42,370 bases of DNA. Source: a virus. Position 1 is the first letter of the stretch. The number at the start of each line of letters is the position of its first letter. A program made the position numbers and the translations under genes. Below the pieces are notes generated by a model. The model saw only the letters and a program-made list of their open reading frames with translations, was not told where the DNA came from and did not search any database. The DNA is taken from the IMG/VR virus record IMGVR_UViG_3300045242_000124, positions 1 to 42,370 of that record; one strand, given 5' to 3'. Shown here one piece after another: positions 30,932 through 39,279 of the stretch.

Positions 30932-31593
30932 TTCATTGCTTGATTAGTGCTCGAGCACATTCTGAGAGATTGCCTGGCAAGCATTTTCTCGACATCGGCA
31001 GCGGCATGATGGTGATGCAGCACGTCGAGCGGAGATGCAGGCACTTCGGAATGCAGCCCGTGTTCTGTGTCCCCGCACCGGAAATAAGTGAGTTTGACCA
31101 ATGGCTTGGTTGCACTGTCTACGGCGGAGACCCCGACAACCTGGAGGCGCGATTGATCGAGTGTGCAATCGGGTTGGAGTTGAAGCAGTTTCATCATCTT
31201 GATGGTGACGATCCGTTCTTTGATGAAACTGGAATTGTCTCCAGCATGCGCGCCCTGCAGCAATCCAATGCCGCGCGAATTACGCCAAGTTACGAGTCAC
31301 AGTCCGGATCAGGACGAATGGGGACGAGCTATAACCTGATGCAGAATGCGCAGGGCGAGGGGATTCTGGTCGAGGAGGGCAGGACCGCTCCATGGCCCCA
31401 GCGACTGACCCTGGACTATATCGAGGACTATCATTTATTGCTCGTGGTCAATCGCATCGTTGGCGGCTACATGGCGCCCAGGTGGGCGGTGGATGATGCC
31501 TTTGTCCGCAATCCCGACCTGCACAAGATCAACTGGTTCCGCACCGCAGAATGGAAAGATCGCCAGCTCGGCGCAGTCAAGAAGGTGATGTGA
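30928..31593 (+). CDS. Cytidylyltransferase-family protein (CMP-nonulosonate synthetase / SpsF-like), 221 aa
   Basis: The N-terminus IHCLISARAHSERLPGKHFLDIGSGMMVMQHV fits the i.AR..S.RlPGK...l.g.p.i motif of the acylneuraminate cytidylyltransferase family. Confidence 0.6.
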   Translation: MIHCLISARAHSERLPGKHFLDIGSGMMVMQHVERRCRHFGMQPVFCVPAPEISEFDQWLGCTVYGGDPDNLEARLIECAIGLELKQFHHLDGDDPFFDETGIVSSMRALQQSNAARITPSYESQSGSGRMGTSYNLMQNAQGEGILVEEGRTAPWPQRLTLDYIEDYHLLLVVNRIVGGYMAPRWAVDDAFVRNPDLHKINWFRTAEWKDRQLGAVKKVM

Positions 31594-32643
31594 ATGAGTG
31601 ACCCCGTTGCCGAGTTTGAGCGTCGCTTTGCCGAGAAGATCGGCACCGAGTACGCCATAGCGGTCAATAGCGGCACCAGCGCCCTGCATGCTGCCCTCGA
31701 GGCTGTTGATGTACGCGGCGGCGAGGTGATCATGCCTGCCCTGTGCCCGGCGATGGTGGCGTTTGCCATCATTCACGCCGGAGCTCAGCCGATATTTGCC
31801 GACGTGCATCCAGAGACATTCCTAGTCACCCCGACCACTATTTCCCCGCTGATAGGCAACAATACCCGAGCGATTATCCCGGTGTCTCTGTATGGCCTGC
31901 CAGCCGATACCGATGCACTAAAGGATCTTGCACTTCCAATCATCGAAGACTGCGCCCAATGCCTATTCGGGCGTTACAAGGATACCTTCGCCGGTCCGAA
32001 GGCAGACATGGCTTGCTATTCCTTTGAAGCAAAAAAGCACATGACCACCGGCTCGGAAGGAGGGATGATCATCACCAATAACGCTGCACTGGCGGAACGC
32101 GCCCGCAAGTTCAGCGGCCTCGGGTATGCACACTTGAGCGCGGGTATGGGAGGCACGAGAACATCCCTCAATATACCCGAGGCACAATCCCCCGATTATC
32201 TACGCTTTGATACGATCGGCCTCAATTACCGCATGAGTTTTGCGCAGGCCGAGAAGGGCATCTATGCCCTCAAATATGTTCAGGAGCGTATCCAGCTGCG
32301 ACAAGAGATCGGCTATTTGTGGCAGCATGTCCTGGGTAGCGAGCTGCAAAAGCACTCCTACGATGCCGATCACACATTCTGGACCGCCGCTTGGCCTGGA
32401 CCGATCCCGGAATGGCGGGACTTTTATGATGGGTTTGTTAAACGCGGAGGCGACGGGTTCTATGCCGCACCGCAACTGCCGTGGAATGAACCAGCACTCT
32501 CGGACTTCAAGCCCCTAAATGCAACCCCAGTCGCCGAGAGACTGCAGCGCAGCCTGATGCTGTTCAAGACTAATTATCGCTCGCTCTACTACGCCATGCA
32601 GCAAACCAAGATCCTACAGGAGATGCTGCATGTTCCGGCTTAA
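31594..32643 (+). CDS. DegT/DnrJ/EryC1/StrS-family PLP-dependent sugar aminotransferase (349 aa)
   Basis: EFERRFAEKIGTEYAIAVNSGTSALHAALEAV plus the lysine region YSFEAKKHMTTGSEGGMIITNN match family signatures. Confidence 0.85.
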   Translation: MSDPVAEFERRFAEKIGTEYAIAVNSGTSALHAALEAVDVRGGEVIMPALCPAMVAFAIIHAGAQPIFADVHPETFLVTPTTISPLIGNNTRAIIPVSLYGLPADTDALKDLALPIIEDCAQCLFGRYKDTFAGPKADMACYSFEAKKHMTTGSEGGMIITNNAALAERARKFSGLGYAHLSAGMGGTRTSLNIPEAQSPDYLRFDTIGLNYRMSFAQAEKGIYALKYVQERIQLRQEIGYLWQHVLGSELQKHSYDADHTFWTAAWPGPIPEWRDFYDGFVKRGGDGFYAAPQLPWNEPALSDFKPLNATPVAERLQRSLMLFKTNYRSLYYAMQQTKILQEMLHVPA

Positions 32644-33277
32644 GGGCAAGCGGGTGGCGGTAATAGGCTGTGATGGACTATTGGGCAAGGTGGCTGTCGA
32701 GACGGTAGAGGAATTGGGAGGTAAGGTGACCGAATATGATTTGAGGATCGGGGACGACATCAGGGAGTCATCGTTTGTCGTTGCTGCGATGCACGACAAT
32801 GTAGATGCGGTTATAAACTGCGCCATTGGCAACCAGGCGCCGGTCAAGGACGCAGACCTGTGGTTCAAGAGAGATCTTGATATAGGCCTCACCGGCGCGC
32901 TGAATGTCGCCATGGGATTTGAGCAAGCGCTGAGGCGAAACAAGGGGAGTCTCGTCTTTGTTGGTTCCGACCTGTCGTTTATAGCCCCATATCCTGAGCG
33001 CTACGCTCCCAATTACAAGCCTTTGGCCTACTCCGTAGTAAAGCACGGAATCATAGGCATGACCCGCTATCTAGCGGCCCACTGGGGGCCGGATGTGCGG
33101 GTGAATTGCCTATGCCCTGGCGGGATAGACCAGGGGCAGGCCGTGCCTAGGTGCCCCCTGGGCCGCCTGGCAAAGCCGGAGGAGATGAAGGGTCCGATAG
33201 CGTTCCTATTGTCGGAGGCCTCGAGCTACATGACTGGGACAACCCTGGTCGTCGATGGAGGAAGAACAATATGGTGA
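32630..33277 (+). CDS. Short-chain dehydrogenase/reductase (215 aa)
   Basis: GKRVAVIGCDGLLGK (glycine-rich NAD(P) loop), VINCAIG, YSVVKHG (YxxxK) and NCLCPGGI. Confidence 0.8.
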   Translation: MFRLKGKRVAVIGCDGLLGKVAVETVEELGGKVTEYDLRIGDDIRESSFVVAAMHDNVDAVINCAIGNQAPVKDADLWFKRDLDIGLTGALNVAMGFEQALRRNKGSLVFVGSDLSFIAPYPERYAPNYKPLAYSVVKHGIIGMTRYLAAHWGPDVRVNCLCPGGIDQGQAVPRCPLGRLAKPEEMKGPIAFLLSEASSYMTGTTLVVDGGRTIW

Positions 33278-33822
33278 GCACGCATTACGTCTGGACTGAC
33301 GCTGCAATCGAGGAATTCAAGTCGATGTGGCTCGGAGGTGTGCACATTTACGACATGGCTCGTCATTTCAATATGGTCGAGCAGAGCATTCGTAAGGCGC
33401 GGTTAAGGTTTGGGCTGCCGGAACGAAAGATCAGCAACTGGACCGATGAAAGGTCGGACTACCTCAAGGAGAGCTGGGGACATTCAACCGCCTCAGCCAT
33501 CGCGGCAAAGCTGAATATCTCCCGCAATGCCGTGATTGGCCGAGCTCGGCGCATGGACCTCGATGCCAAGAGAAGTGGACCAGTGACCGGCAACAAGCAG
33601 CGGCCACGACAAATGCCCGTCATTATTAGGCCGCCGGCGCCCCCGCCGCGGGAACCGTTCTCATGGCCGGAGATTCCGTCACTGAATATTCCGTTACTCG
33701 AGCTTGAAGATGGACAGTGCCGCTTTCCTTGCGATGAGGGGTTCTGCGGGCATCCCATTGTCTATAACTCTTATTGCGCGCAGCATACGCGATTGTGCTA
33801 CCGGATCCTGCGAGTTGCCTAG
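33271..33822 (+). CDS. gcrA: GcrA-family cell-cycle regulator homolog (183 aa) with a duplicated N-terminal HTH-like module
   Basis: NWTDERSDYLKESWGHSTASAIAAKLNISRNAVIGRARRMDL and the C-terminal LLELEDGQCRFPCDEGFCGHPIVYNSYCAQHTRLCY match GcrA N- and C-terminal signatures. An upstream VWTDAAIEEFKSMWLGGVHIYDMARHFNMVEQSIRKARLRFGL is a second copy of the N-module. The ATG at 33271 follows GGAGGAAG. Confidence 0.8.
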   Translation: MVSTHYVWTDAAIEEFKSMWLGGVHIYDMARHFNMVEQSIRKARLRFGLPERKISNWTDERSDYLKESWGHSTASAIAAKLNISRNAVIGRARRMDLDAKRSGPVTGNKQRPRQMPVIIRPPAPPPREPFSWPEIPSLNIPLLELEDGQCRFPCDEGFCGHPIVYNSYCAQHTRLCYRILRVA

Positions 33823-34097
33823 CCCTTTCTGATTTCGTCCAGGCGCTTATTAACCATCTCGGCAACGATCTTCAATTCACCTGTGGTCGGGCGGGTCTCC
33901 TCGAGCCGGTCAATGCGATCCTCTATGCGCTTGATATCGCGGCTGATGGCAGTCTGATCGGCCTCGTGCTCGCGGATGCTCAGGGATTTATCCATTGATC
34001 GGGTGACAAAATGGACAACCGAAATGAGAAAAGCTGCGATGGCGATGAATACCGACCAATCGCCGTTCAGCACCGAGTTGCGAATATCGCCGTTCAT
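33819..34097 (-). CDS. N-terminal TM plus coiled-coil protein (92 aa), i-spanin-like lysis candidate
   Basis: WSVFIAIAAFLISVVHFV, then a charged heptad region. Last gene of the lysis block. Converges on gcrA with a 4-bp overlap. Confidence 0.45.
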   Translation of the reverse strand: MNGDIRNSVLNGDWSVFIAIAAFLISVVHFVTRSMDKSLSIREHEADQTAISRDIKRIEDRIDRLEETRPTTGELKIVAEMVNKRLDEIRKG

Positions 34098-34127
34098 CCG
34101 CCCTCACAGATGAAAAGCCCTGACGGG

Positions 34128-34463
34128 CTAAAGCCCGAGATTGCCGAGCACCCCAGGCTGTGACATTGCCTGTTGCAGTGCAGCAGTCGCCATTGCCATA
34201 TCCTGTTGGTAATTTGCCGGGCTCGAGATGGCGGCAGTGAGCCAGGTTGTAACCGCCGGAGGCAAGTTCGGGATGCCCTCGATCGCCGGCAATAAAGCCG
34301 GGGCCATGGCCGGATTTGCCTCCATGGTCATAATCATCTGCATAGCACGGCTGGCATCGCTTTGCGTCATGTGCCGCATGAAATTGCCGAATTGGCCGGG
34401 GGTTAGACCGGCAAGAATATTGGCAAGTGTCGTGCCGACTGAAGTTGCTGCTGGGCCTGCCAT
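34128..34463 (-). CDS. Hypothetical protein (111 aa), Ala/Met/Pro-rich
   Basis: Start moved to the ATG at 34463, 7 nt after GAGGAG. The track ORF extends to 34565. Confidence 0.5.
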   Translation of the reverse strand: MAGPAATSVGTTLANILAGLTPGQFGNFMRHMTQSDASRAMQMIMTMEANPAMAPALLPAIEGIPNLPPAVTTWLTAAISSPANYQQDMAMATAALQQAMSQPGVLGNLGL

Positions 34464-34473
34464 GATAGTCTCC

Positions 34474-34758
34474 TCAATGGTCGGGGTGGTCGTGGTGCCA
34501 CTGACCTGGATAGGGGTTATAGTACGGGACGGGATAGGGATTGTAAGCTGGAGCGGGGACCACACAGGTTACCCCATTCCAGTAGGTCATCACCGGGCAA
34601 CTAGGCTGTACCGGTGCAGGGGGTGGTTGTGCGACCTGGGAACAAGTGCAATTCGGCGATCCAGGAGCGCAGGCGACAGCGCCAGAGAAGCATTGCCACG
34701 TCTGCGCATACGCCGAGCTGGCGAGTAGGGAAAGGGTGATGGCGAGGAGAATTCTCAT
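34474..34758 (-). CDS. Secreted Cys/Pro-rich protein (94 aa), possible o-spanin-like component (no lipobox)
   Basis: Signal peptide MRILLAITLSLLASSAYA|QT. The mature part is Pro/Cys/Tyr-rich. Confidence 0.5.
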   Translation of the reverse strand: MRILLAITLSLLASSAYAQTWQCFSGAVACAPGSPNCTCSQVAQPPPAPVQPSCPVMTYWNGVTCVVPAPAYNPYPVPYYNPYPGQWHHDHPDH

Positions 34759-35045
34759 GATGGGGGCGACTTTGCGTCTTCCCGCACACTCGATTGTGCC
34801 TGTGTGGTTGCCATAGTGGTGATCGCGGTGTCCTTCTCCTTCGACCCCTGCGAAGAGCCGAAATAGAACCCGACGATATTGGTGAATCCCACGCTCATGA
34901 GAGCTCCAACCAGGACCTTGAACACGTCGGTATCCGTCTTGCCGGTCACGACAAGCGCAAATACTAGGCCCACGATCGACAGCACGAGGACATTAGCAAT
35001 GAAGGCCGCCGTGTCGGGCAGGAACTTGAGCTCGGGGAAGTTCAT
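34755..35045 (-). CDS. Holin candidate (96 aa, two TM segments, charged C-terminus)
   Basis: AAFIANVLVLSIVGLVFALVV and VLVGALMSVGFTNIVGFYF, then a hydrophilic tail. One gene away from the endolysin. Confidence 0.55.
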   Translation of the reverse strand: MNFPELKFLPDTAAFIANVLVLSIVGLVFALVVTGKTDTDVFKVLVGALMSVGFTNIVGFYFGSSQGSKEKDTAITTMATTQAQSSVREDAKSPPS

Positions 35046-35296
35046 TTTGATTTTTTGTAGAGCCGCTTCTTCGGCACCTCCACACTTATATGGGGAGGAT
35101 GTGGCGTCTTTACAACTGGAACTAGAGACACCCTGTCAGCATCAACAGCATCCACAACAGCCCTGGCCATGACCGCTGCAAATACGCCTTCCTCGGCGCC
35201 AGGCATCTGGCTCTTGAACTTGCCGACCCCATCCTGCAGCACCTTGAGCGCTGCGGCAGTGCCCACAACGTAGTCTTTCTGGCTTGCCATGGTCAT
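35042..35296 (-). CDS. Hypothetical protein (84 aa)
   Basis: Start moved to the ATG at 35296, which forms ATGA with the endolysin stop. The track ORF extends to 35392. Confidence 0.5.
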   Translation of the reverse strand: MTMASQKDYVVGTAAALKVLQDGVGKFKSQMPGAEEGVFAAVMARAVVDAVDADRVSLVPVVKTPHPPHISVEVPKKRLYKKSK

Positions 35297-35862
35297 GTTT
35301 CCCGTATCGGTTGAATGGTGCTGTCCATACTCATTAGCGTTTTGAGGATTGGCGCGCAACCAGGCTGCGGGTCCATCACCCGGCCATTCCATTTCCCGTC
35401 ACTCACATATTTACCCGGCTTTTGGATATTCGTACCCCCCCAGATGTATGGGGATGGTAGACCTTTACCTGCGTATCCCCAGCCATTGAAGGACTCGGCC
35501 CAGAACAGCATTTTCTCCAGCCGCCAGTCCTTGACATCAGTCAGGCCGTCGAGCTTGAGCGCATCCACCGCCCCCGCCTCCCAGGACGGGAAGGGGCCGC
35601 GGCCCTTGGGCACGATCGTCGTCACGTGATGCAGGGATTGGCCGTTACCGAGGTAGGTGTCGAAATTACCGTCACTCTCCCGAGTGTGCAGCATGGCGAT
35701 GAGGGGCCAGGCAACGCCGGTCAGCTTCTCAACTTCCTCGTACCGGTCCTTATGGGCCAGGATCTTCTGCGCTATTGCCCTGAACTCGGCCTGCCTCTGG
35801 GGCTTTATCACCATTGAGTCCCATTCCTGGGCATACTGGGGCCATTTGGCTGAATATCTCAT
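35293..35862 (-). CDS. Endolysin candidate, lysozyme-family protein (189 aa)
   Basis: WPLIAMLHTRESDGNFDTYLGNGQSL...VPKGRGPFPSWEAGAVDAL resembles the RES-motif lysozyme-family proteins common in alphaproteobacterial phages (recalled, not searched). Adjacent to the holin-like gene. Confidence 0.6.
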   Translation of the reverse strand: MRYSAKWPQYAQEWDSMVIKPQRQAEFRAIAQKILAHKDRYEEVEKLTGVAWPLIAMLHTRESDGNFDTYLGNGQSLHHVTTIVPKGRGPFPSWEAGAVDALKLDGLTDVKDWRLEKMLFWAESFNGWGYAGKGLPSPYIWGGTNIQKPGKYVSDGKWNGRVMDPQPGCAPILKTLMSMDSTIQPIRET

Positions 35863-36089
35863 CGCGCTGCCCTTGCTTTTAGCACCTCTATCTCTGCTTG
35901 CTGTGCTTTATTCCCTGTGAAGTCGTCCAGCTCATCGATGCACAAACTCAATTCGGCCCCGGCACAGGTGATGATCACGGCGTTCTTATGTTCCACATAC
36001 GGTCCAGTTGGTGCCGTTGTAGCGTATCTTCGCATGCCGCGAGCCACCGCCGCTGGACGTTGCACCGAACGTTCCCGCGCTGTTGTCAT
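35859..36089 (-). CDS. Doubtful small ORF (start uncertain)
   Basis: The track ORF overlaps the last 104 nt of the 643-aa gene. A GTG at 35996 would give a 45-aa product (VEHKNAVIITCAGAELSLCIDELDDFTGNKAQQAEIEVLKARAAR). Confidence 0.3.
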   Translation of the reverse strand: MTTARERSVQRPAAVARGMRRYATTAPTGPYVEHKNAVIITCAGAELSLCIDELDDFTGNKAQQAEIEVLKARAAR

Positions 36090-37917
36090 CCACGATATTG
36101 TATTCTTGCCCTTCGGTCGGCCCTACAGCTTGGACTCCCGACTGCCCTGGGAGGCTGGCAAATGTCATTCCTAGCGTTGGATTGTTACAATTCACAAAAG
36201 CAAAACTGGCTTTATTGTTACTGTTCATCCCCGATAGTGGGGTTTGATTGTCAACCCCCCAGGCAGAGCCATGCGTGACCGTCAACGCCACTCCTGTGAT
36301 GTTCAAACTGATAGCCCCACCGGCCCTCGTTGTTAGAACATAGGACTTATTAGGTCCACCGTTGCTATAACTTCCGACAGGAAAGCCAACCTCGTTCGCG
36401 ATAAGCGGCGCGCTAGACCCGGTGGGTACGCCAGACCCTGAGACCACACCAAGAATGCCAATGGTATTGGTCAACCCAGCCTTGACGGTCAAAACATTTC
36501 CGGCAACACCCGAAGGACTTCCCGCGCCAGCACCATTATCTATGAAGGCGTTGGTATCGGTAACAGCCGCGGGGGTCGTATTTCCAAAGCAACTGTTAAA
36601 TACAACATTTTGAAACACATCACTGGTGCCAAATTGAAACGCCGCCTGTGCGCAACTGATATTACCTCGGACTCCGTTGAATACCGTTTGCCCTACGCTT
36701 AACAACAACATCGCGCATTGCGGAGAGCCAGTATTGATGCCGCCCAAAGTAGGGGCTTGATTCATGACGCTTGTCAGGTTGCACGGACCGATGACGCATC
36801 CTGACATGCCGTGCAGAGCCATTGCTATTCCAACTGCTTCACACTCGTAATTAGAAATCGTGGATGCGGTCAGGGTTTGCTTACGCCTAAACGTTATGGC
36901 CTGCGCGCTGCTAAGAGCAGGGACGTTGCCCCCCGTACTCGTGACATTGTAGGTCCCCGTACCACCCGTTCCCGTACCCAGGCTCGCTACGGTCACAGTG
37001 ATAGTACTGGCTATGCCGGTTGCAACAATTTGGTCGCCGACCTGAATGGGGACAATGCTGCTCAGCGGATTTGGGTAAGTCGTACCGCCGACGGTCAGCA
37101 CGCCAGAAGTGCCGCTGCTGGTCATGGTGCATGACGTGGCTACTCCGATGAAATAGCCCAGTCTCATCCCAACAATGGCATTCTCAATATGGATATCCGA
37201 GATGTTGCAGGCAGTCCCGGTTGCCGCGAGCCCGGTTTCCATGAGCCCGGGAGAATGACACCCCATGACCGTGCTGCCGCTGATGACGAGGCCCACAGAA
37301 CCTTGGGCGCCGCCACTCTGTACCTCTATGCCGGTGATGGTGGAAACAAATTCATTCCATCCTGACCAAAGACCAATATTACCCAGCAATGATAGATTGC
37401 GCAGCACGCCAAACGGCTGGACGTAGACTAACGCACCGCTGCCGATAGTAGTGCTAAGGTTGACAATGCTCAGGTCCGAAATTTCCTGCACACCATTACT
37501 TTGATCATCCAGTCGGACAACAAAATCGTTCGCGATGGTCCCTTGAATGATGCTGGCATTGCAGCCGGCCCCTGTGAAGCGCCCCGTAGACGCTCCCACG
37601 CCCGCCAGATTGATCTGGCTTAAGACCTTGTAGGTGCCAGGAGGAAAGAAAACAGTGCCGCCCTTCGTGCTCGTGCCGTACATCGCAGCAACGGCCGCGT
37701 TGATAGCCGGAGCACTGTCCGAAGCGCCTGTACGATCGGCACCATAGTCTAGAACATTGAAAATATCCGCCCAGCGATCGGGATCAGTACGGTTCGCGCT
37801 CCTACCAGTGGCAGGAAAGGCAAATCCTGTAAATGCTGTGTCAGCCCGAGCCTGCGTTGCGAATACGCCCGCAACAACCCCGCCGAGCAGCAATGCTTTC
37901 CTGCGCGAGCTATTCAT
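35986..37917 (-). CDS. Right-handed beta-helix (pectate-lyase-3-like) polysaccharide depolymerase or tailspike-like protein with a twin-arginine signal peptide (643 aa)
   Basis: MNSSRRKALLLGGVVAGVFATQARA|D fits the Tat motif S-R-R-x-(F/A)-L plus AxA. FNVLDYGADRTGASDSAPAINAAVAAMYGTSTKGGTVFFPPGTYKV matches the N-terminal signature of Pectate_lyase_3 / tailspike beta-helices. Confidence 0.65.
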   Translation of the reverse strand: MNSSRRKALLLGGVVAGVFATQARADTAFTGFAFPATGRSANRTDPDRWADIFNVLDYGADRTGASDSAPAINAAVAAMYGTSTKGGTVFFPPGTYKVLSQINLAGVGASTGRFTGAGCNASIIQGTIANDFVVRLDDQSNGVQEISDLSIVNLSTTIGSGALVYVQPFGVLRNLSLLGNIGLWSGWNEFVSTITGIEVQSGGAQGSVGLVISGSTVMGCHSPGLMETGLAATGTACNISDIHIENAIVGMRLGYFIGVATSCTMTSSGTSGVLTVGGTTYPNPLSSIVPIQVGDQIVATGIASTITVTVASLGTGTGGTGTYNVTSTGGNVPALSSAQAITFRRKQTLTASTISNYECEAVGIAMALHGMSGCVIGPCNLTSVMNQAPTLGGINTGSPQCAMLLLSVGQTVFNGVRGNISCAQAAFQFGTSDVFQNVVFNSCFGNTTPAAVTDTNAFIDNGAGAGSPSGVAGNVLTVKAGLTNTIGILGVVSGSGVPTGSSAPLIANEVGFPVGSYSNGGPNKSYVLTTRAGGAISLNITGVALTVTHGSAWGVDNQTPLSGMNSNNKASFAFVNCNNPTLGMTFASLPGQSGVQAVGPTEGQEYNIVDDNSAGTFGATSSGGGSRHAKIRYNGTNWTVCGT

Positions 37918-38120
37918 CGGGTGAGTAGCTTCCCGTTAACATCGTCACGGAGGAACGCCGATGAACCGTCCAGTAAAAAGCCTCCTGCTGGCAGCGTGCT
38001 GTTCGCTAATTGCGGACCAATAAGTCCAGCATGTGCGGTGCTATTAACTACTTGCAATACCACGAATGCCTGTGCTCCGACAAGGAGCCACAGCACAATT
38101 ACTACCGTGATCCTTAACAT
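37914..38120 (-). CDS. Small protein with N-terminal signal or anchor (68 aa)
   Basis: MLRITVVIVLWLLVGAQA|F. Its stop forms ATGA with the beta-helix gene start. Confidence 0.5.
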   Translation of the reverse strand: MLRITVVIVLWLLVGAQAFVVLQVVNSTAHAGLIGPQLANSTLPAGGFLLDGSSAFLRDDVNGKLLTR

Positions 38121-38129
38121 GTTATCCTC

Positions 38130-38327
38130 TTAGGGACCTGCTTGTGCTGGAATCAATGGTGCTATTTGTGTTGGTGTAACCAATTTGCCCAGCTCTGTGG
38201 TATTCAATCCTTGCGTGCCACCGGACACTAAGTTGGATGCCGTGGCCGCAAAACTTCCACTAGCATCTACATGCCGATGAGCAAAGCAAGAAGCTTCAGC
38301 ATGACGCCGGGAAGTTTCCCGCTCCAT
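38130..38327 (-). CDS. Doubtful small ORF (65 aa)
   Basis: Track ORF overlapping the upstream gene by 32 nt. Composition is not distinctive. Confidence 0.3.
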   Translation of the reverse strand: MERETSRRHAEASCFAHRHVDASGSFAATASNLVSGGTQGLNTTELGKLVTPTQIAPLIPAQAGP

Positions 38328-39279
38328 AGTAGGCTTGCTGATTTTTACAGATGTTTGTTCGCTGCGTGAGAGTCAGCGCCGATTCGATCATGCCTCCCTC
38401 AGAAAAATACCCATCCGAAACCTGTCCACTACCGCCAAATTGAAAAATAACAATCTTCTGGGCAGTCGGAGTGTTTGTTCCACACGCTATTCCAGTAATA
38501 TCTACACCGTTTTCGTTGAGCTGACAGGTATTCGAGGCCGATGCCACTCCCTGCACGGCCTTCATCGTACCAGCCGCTGCTGGCGATGGCGGCTCACAAA
38601 CAATGCTGCCAGCATACATCATATTGCTCGTATTTAAGCTGGAACACGTAACATAAAGAACGCCTGCATTGGCATCCATTCCTATGCCCGTTTGGAACGT
38701 TCCACTTCCAGTCACTATCTCGGCAACAATAGTGAACGAGTAGGGAAAACCAAAAGTCAGGCCGGAAGATGAAGAATAAAATTGATTGGCACTTGCCAGG
38801 CATTGACCGAATGTCGCTGTCGCGAAACAGGAACCAGCGGGAGCTACCGTGAATTGATTGGCCGCCGTGGATTGCAGTTGATGATTCCCGTTCCCCGTCT
38901 GGTCGTACATCTCGACGACGGAACAGGTAGTGGCAGCGCACCACGTCGCAACTGCTGTTCCATTATCACCGCTCGGCGTACAGTTTGCCGTAATCCCCCA
39001 AGTGCCGCTGGTGGCGATCAGCACGTCGCAGGTGTGGCTGTCGCTCGCACGACTTAGATTGCAACTCGCATTGCTGCCAGTTGCAAAAGCGGCATTGTAG
39101 GCGCGGACGCAAGAATACCAAGCATTCCAGCCAGAAGCTTTGTCGCCAACGCCCTGATAACCAGTTGGTGCGACAGGAGCGCCTAGACCGGCGCCAGTCT
39201 GCGACACTTGAGCGTAGCATGGCCAAGCCACGATCAGTGCGGCGCAGAGAAAAAGATAGAGGCCAAGCACACGTTTCAT
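38296..39279 (-). CDS. Secreted Cys-rich protein (327 aa)
   Basis: Start moved to the ATG at 39279 (ATGA with the upstream stop). Signal peptide MKRVLGLYLFLCAALIVAWPCYA|Q. Many Cys in the mature part. Confidence 0.6.
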   Translation of the reverse strand: MKRVLGLYLFLCAALIVAWPCYAQVSQTGAGLGAPVAPTGYQGVGDKASGWNAWYSCVRAYNAAFATGSNASCNLSRASDSHTCDVLIATSGTWGITANCTPSGDNGTAVATWCAATTCSVVEMYDQTGNGNHQLQSTAANQFTVAPAGSCFATATFGQCLASANQFYSSSSGLTFGFPYSFTIVAEIVTGSGTFQTGIGMDANAGVLYVTCSSLNTSNMMYAGSIVCEPPSPAAAGTMKAVQGVASASNTCQLNENGVDITGIACGTNTPTAQKIVIFQFGGSGQVSDGYFSEGGMIESALTLTQRTNICKNQQAYYGAGNFPASC

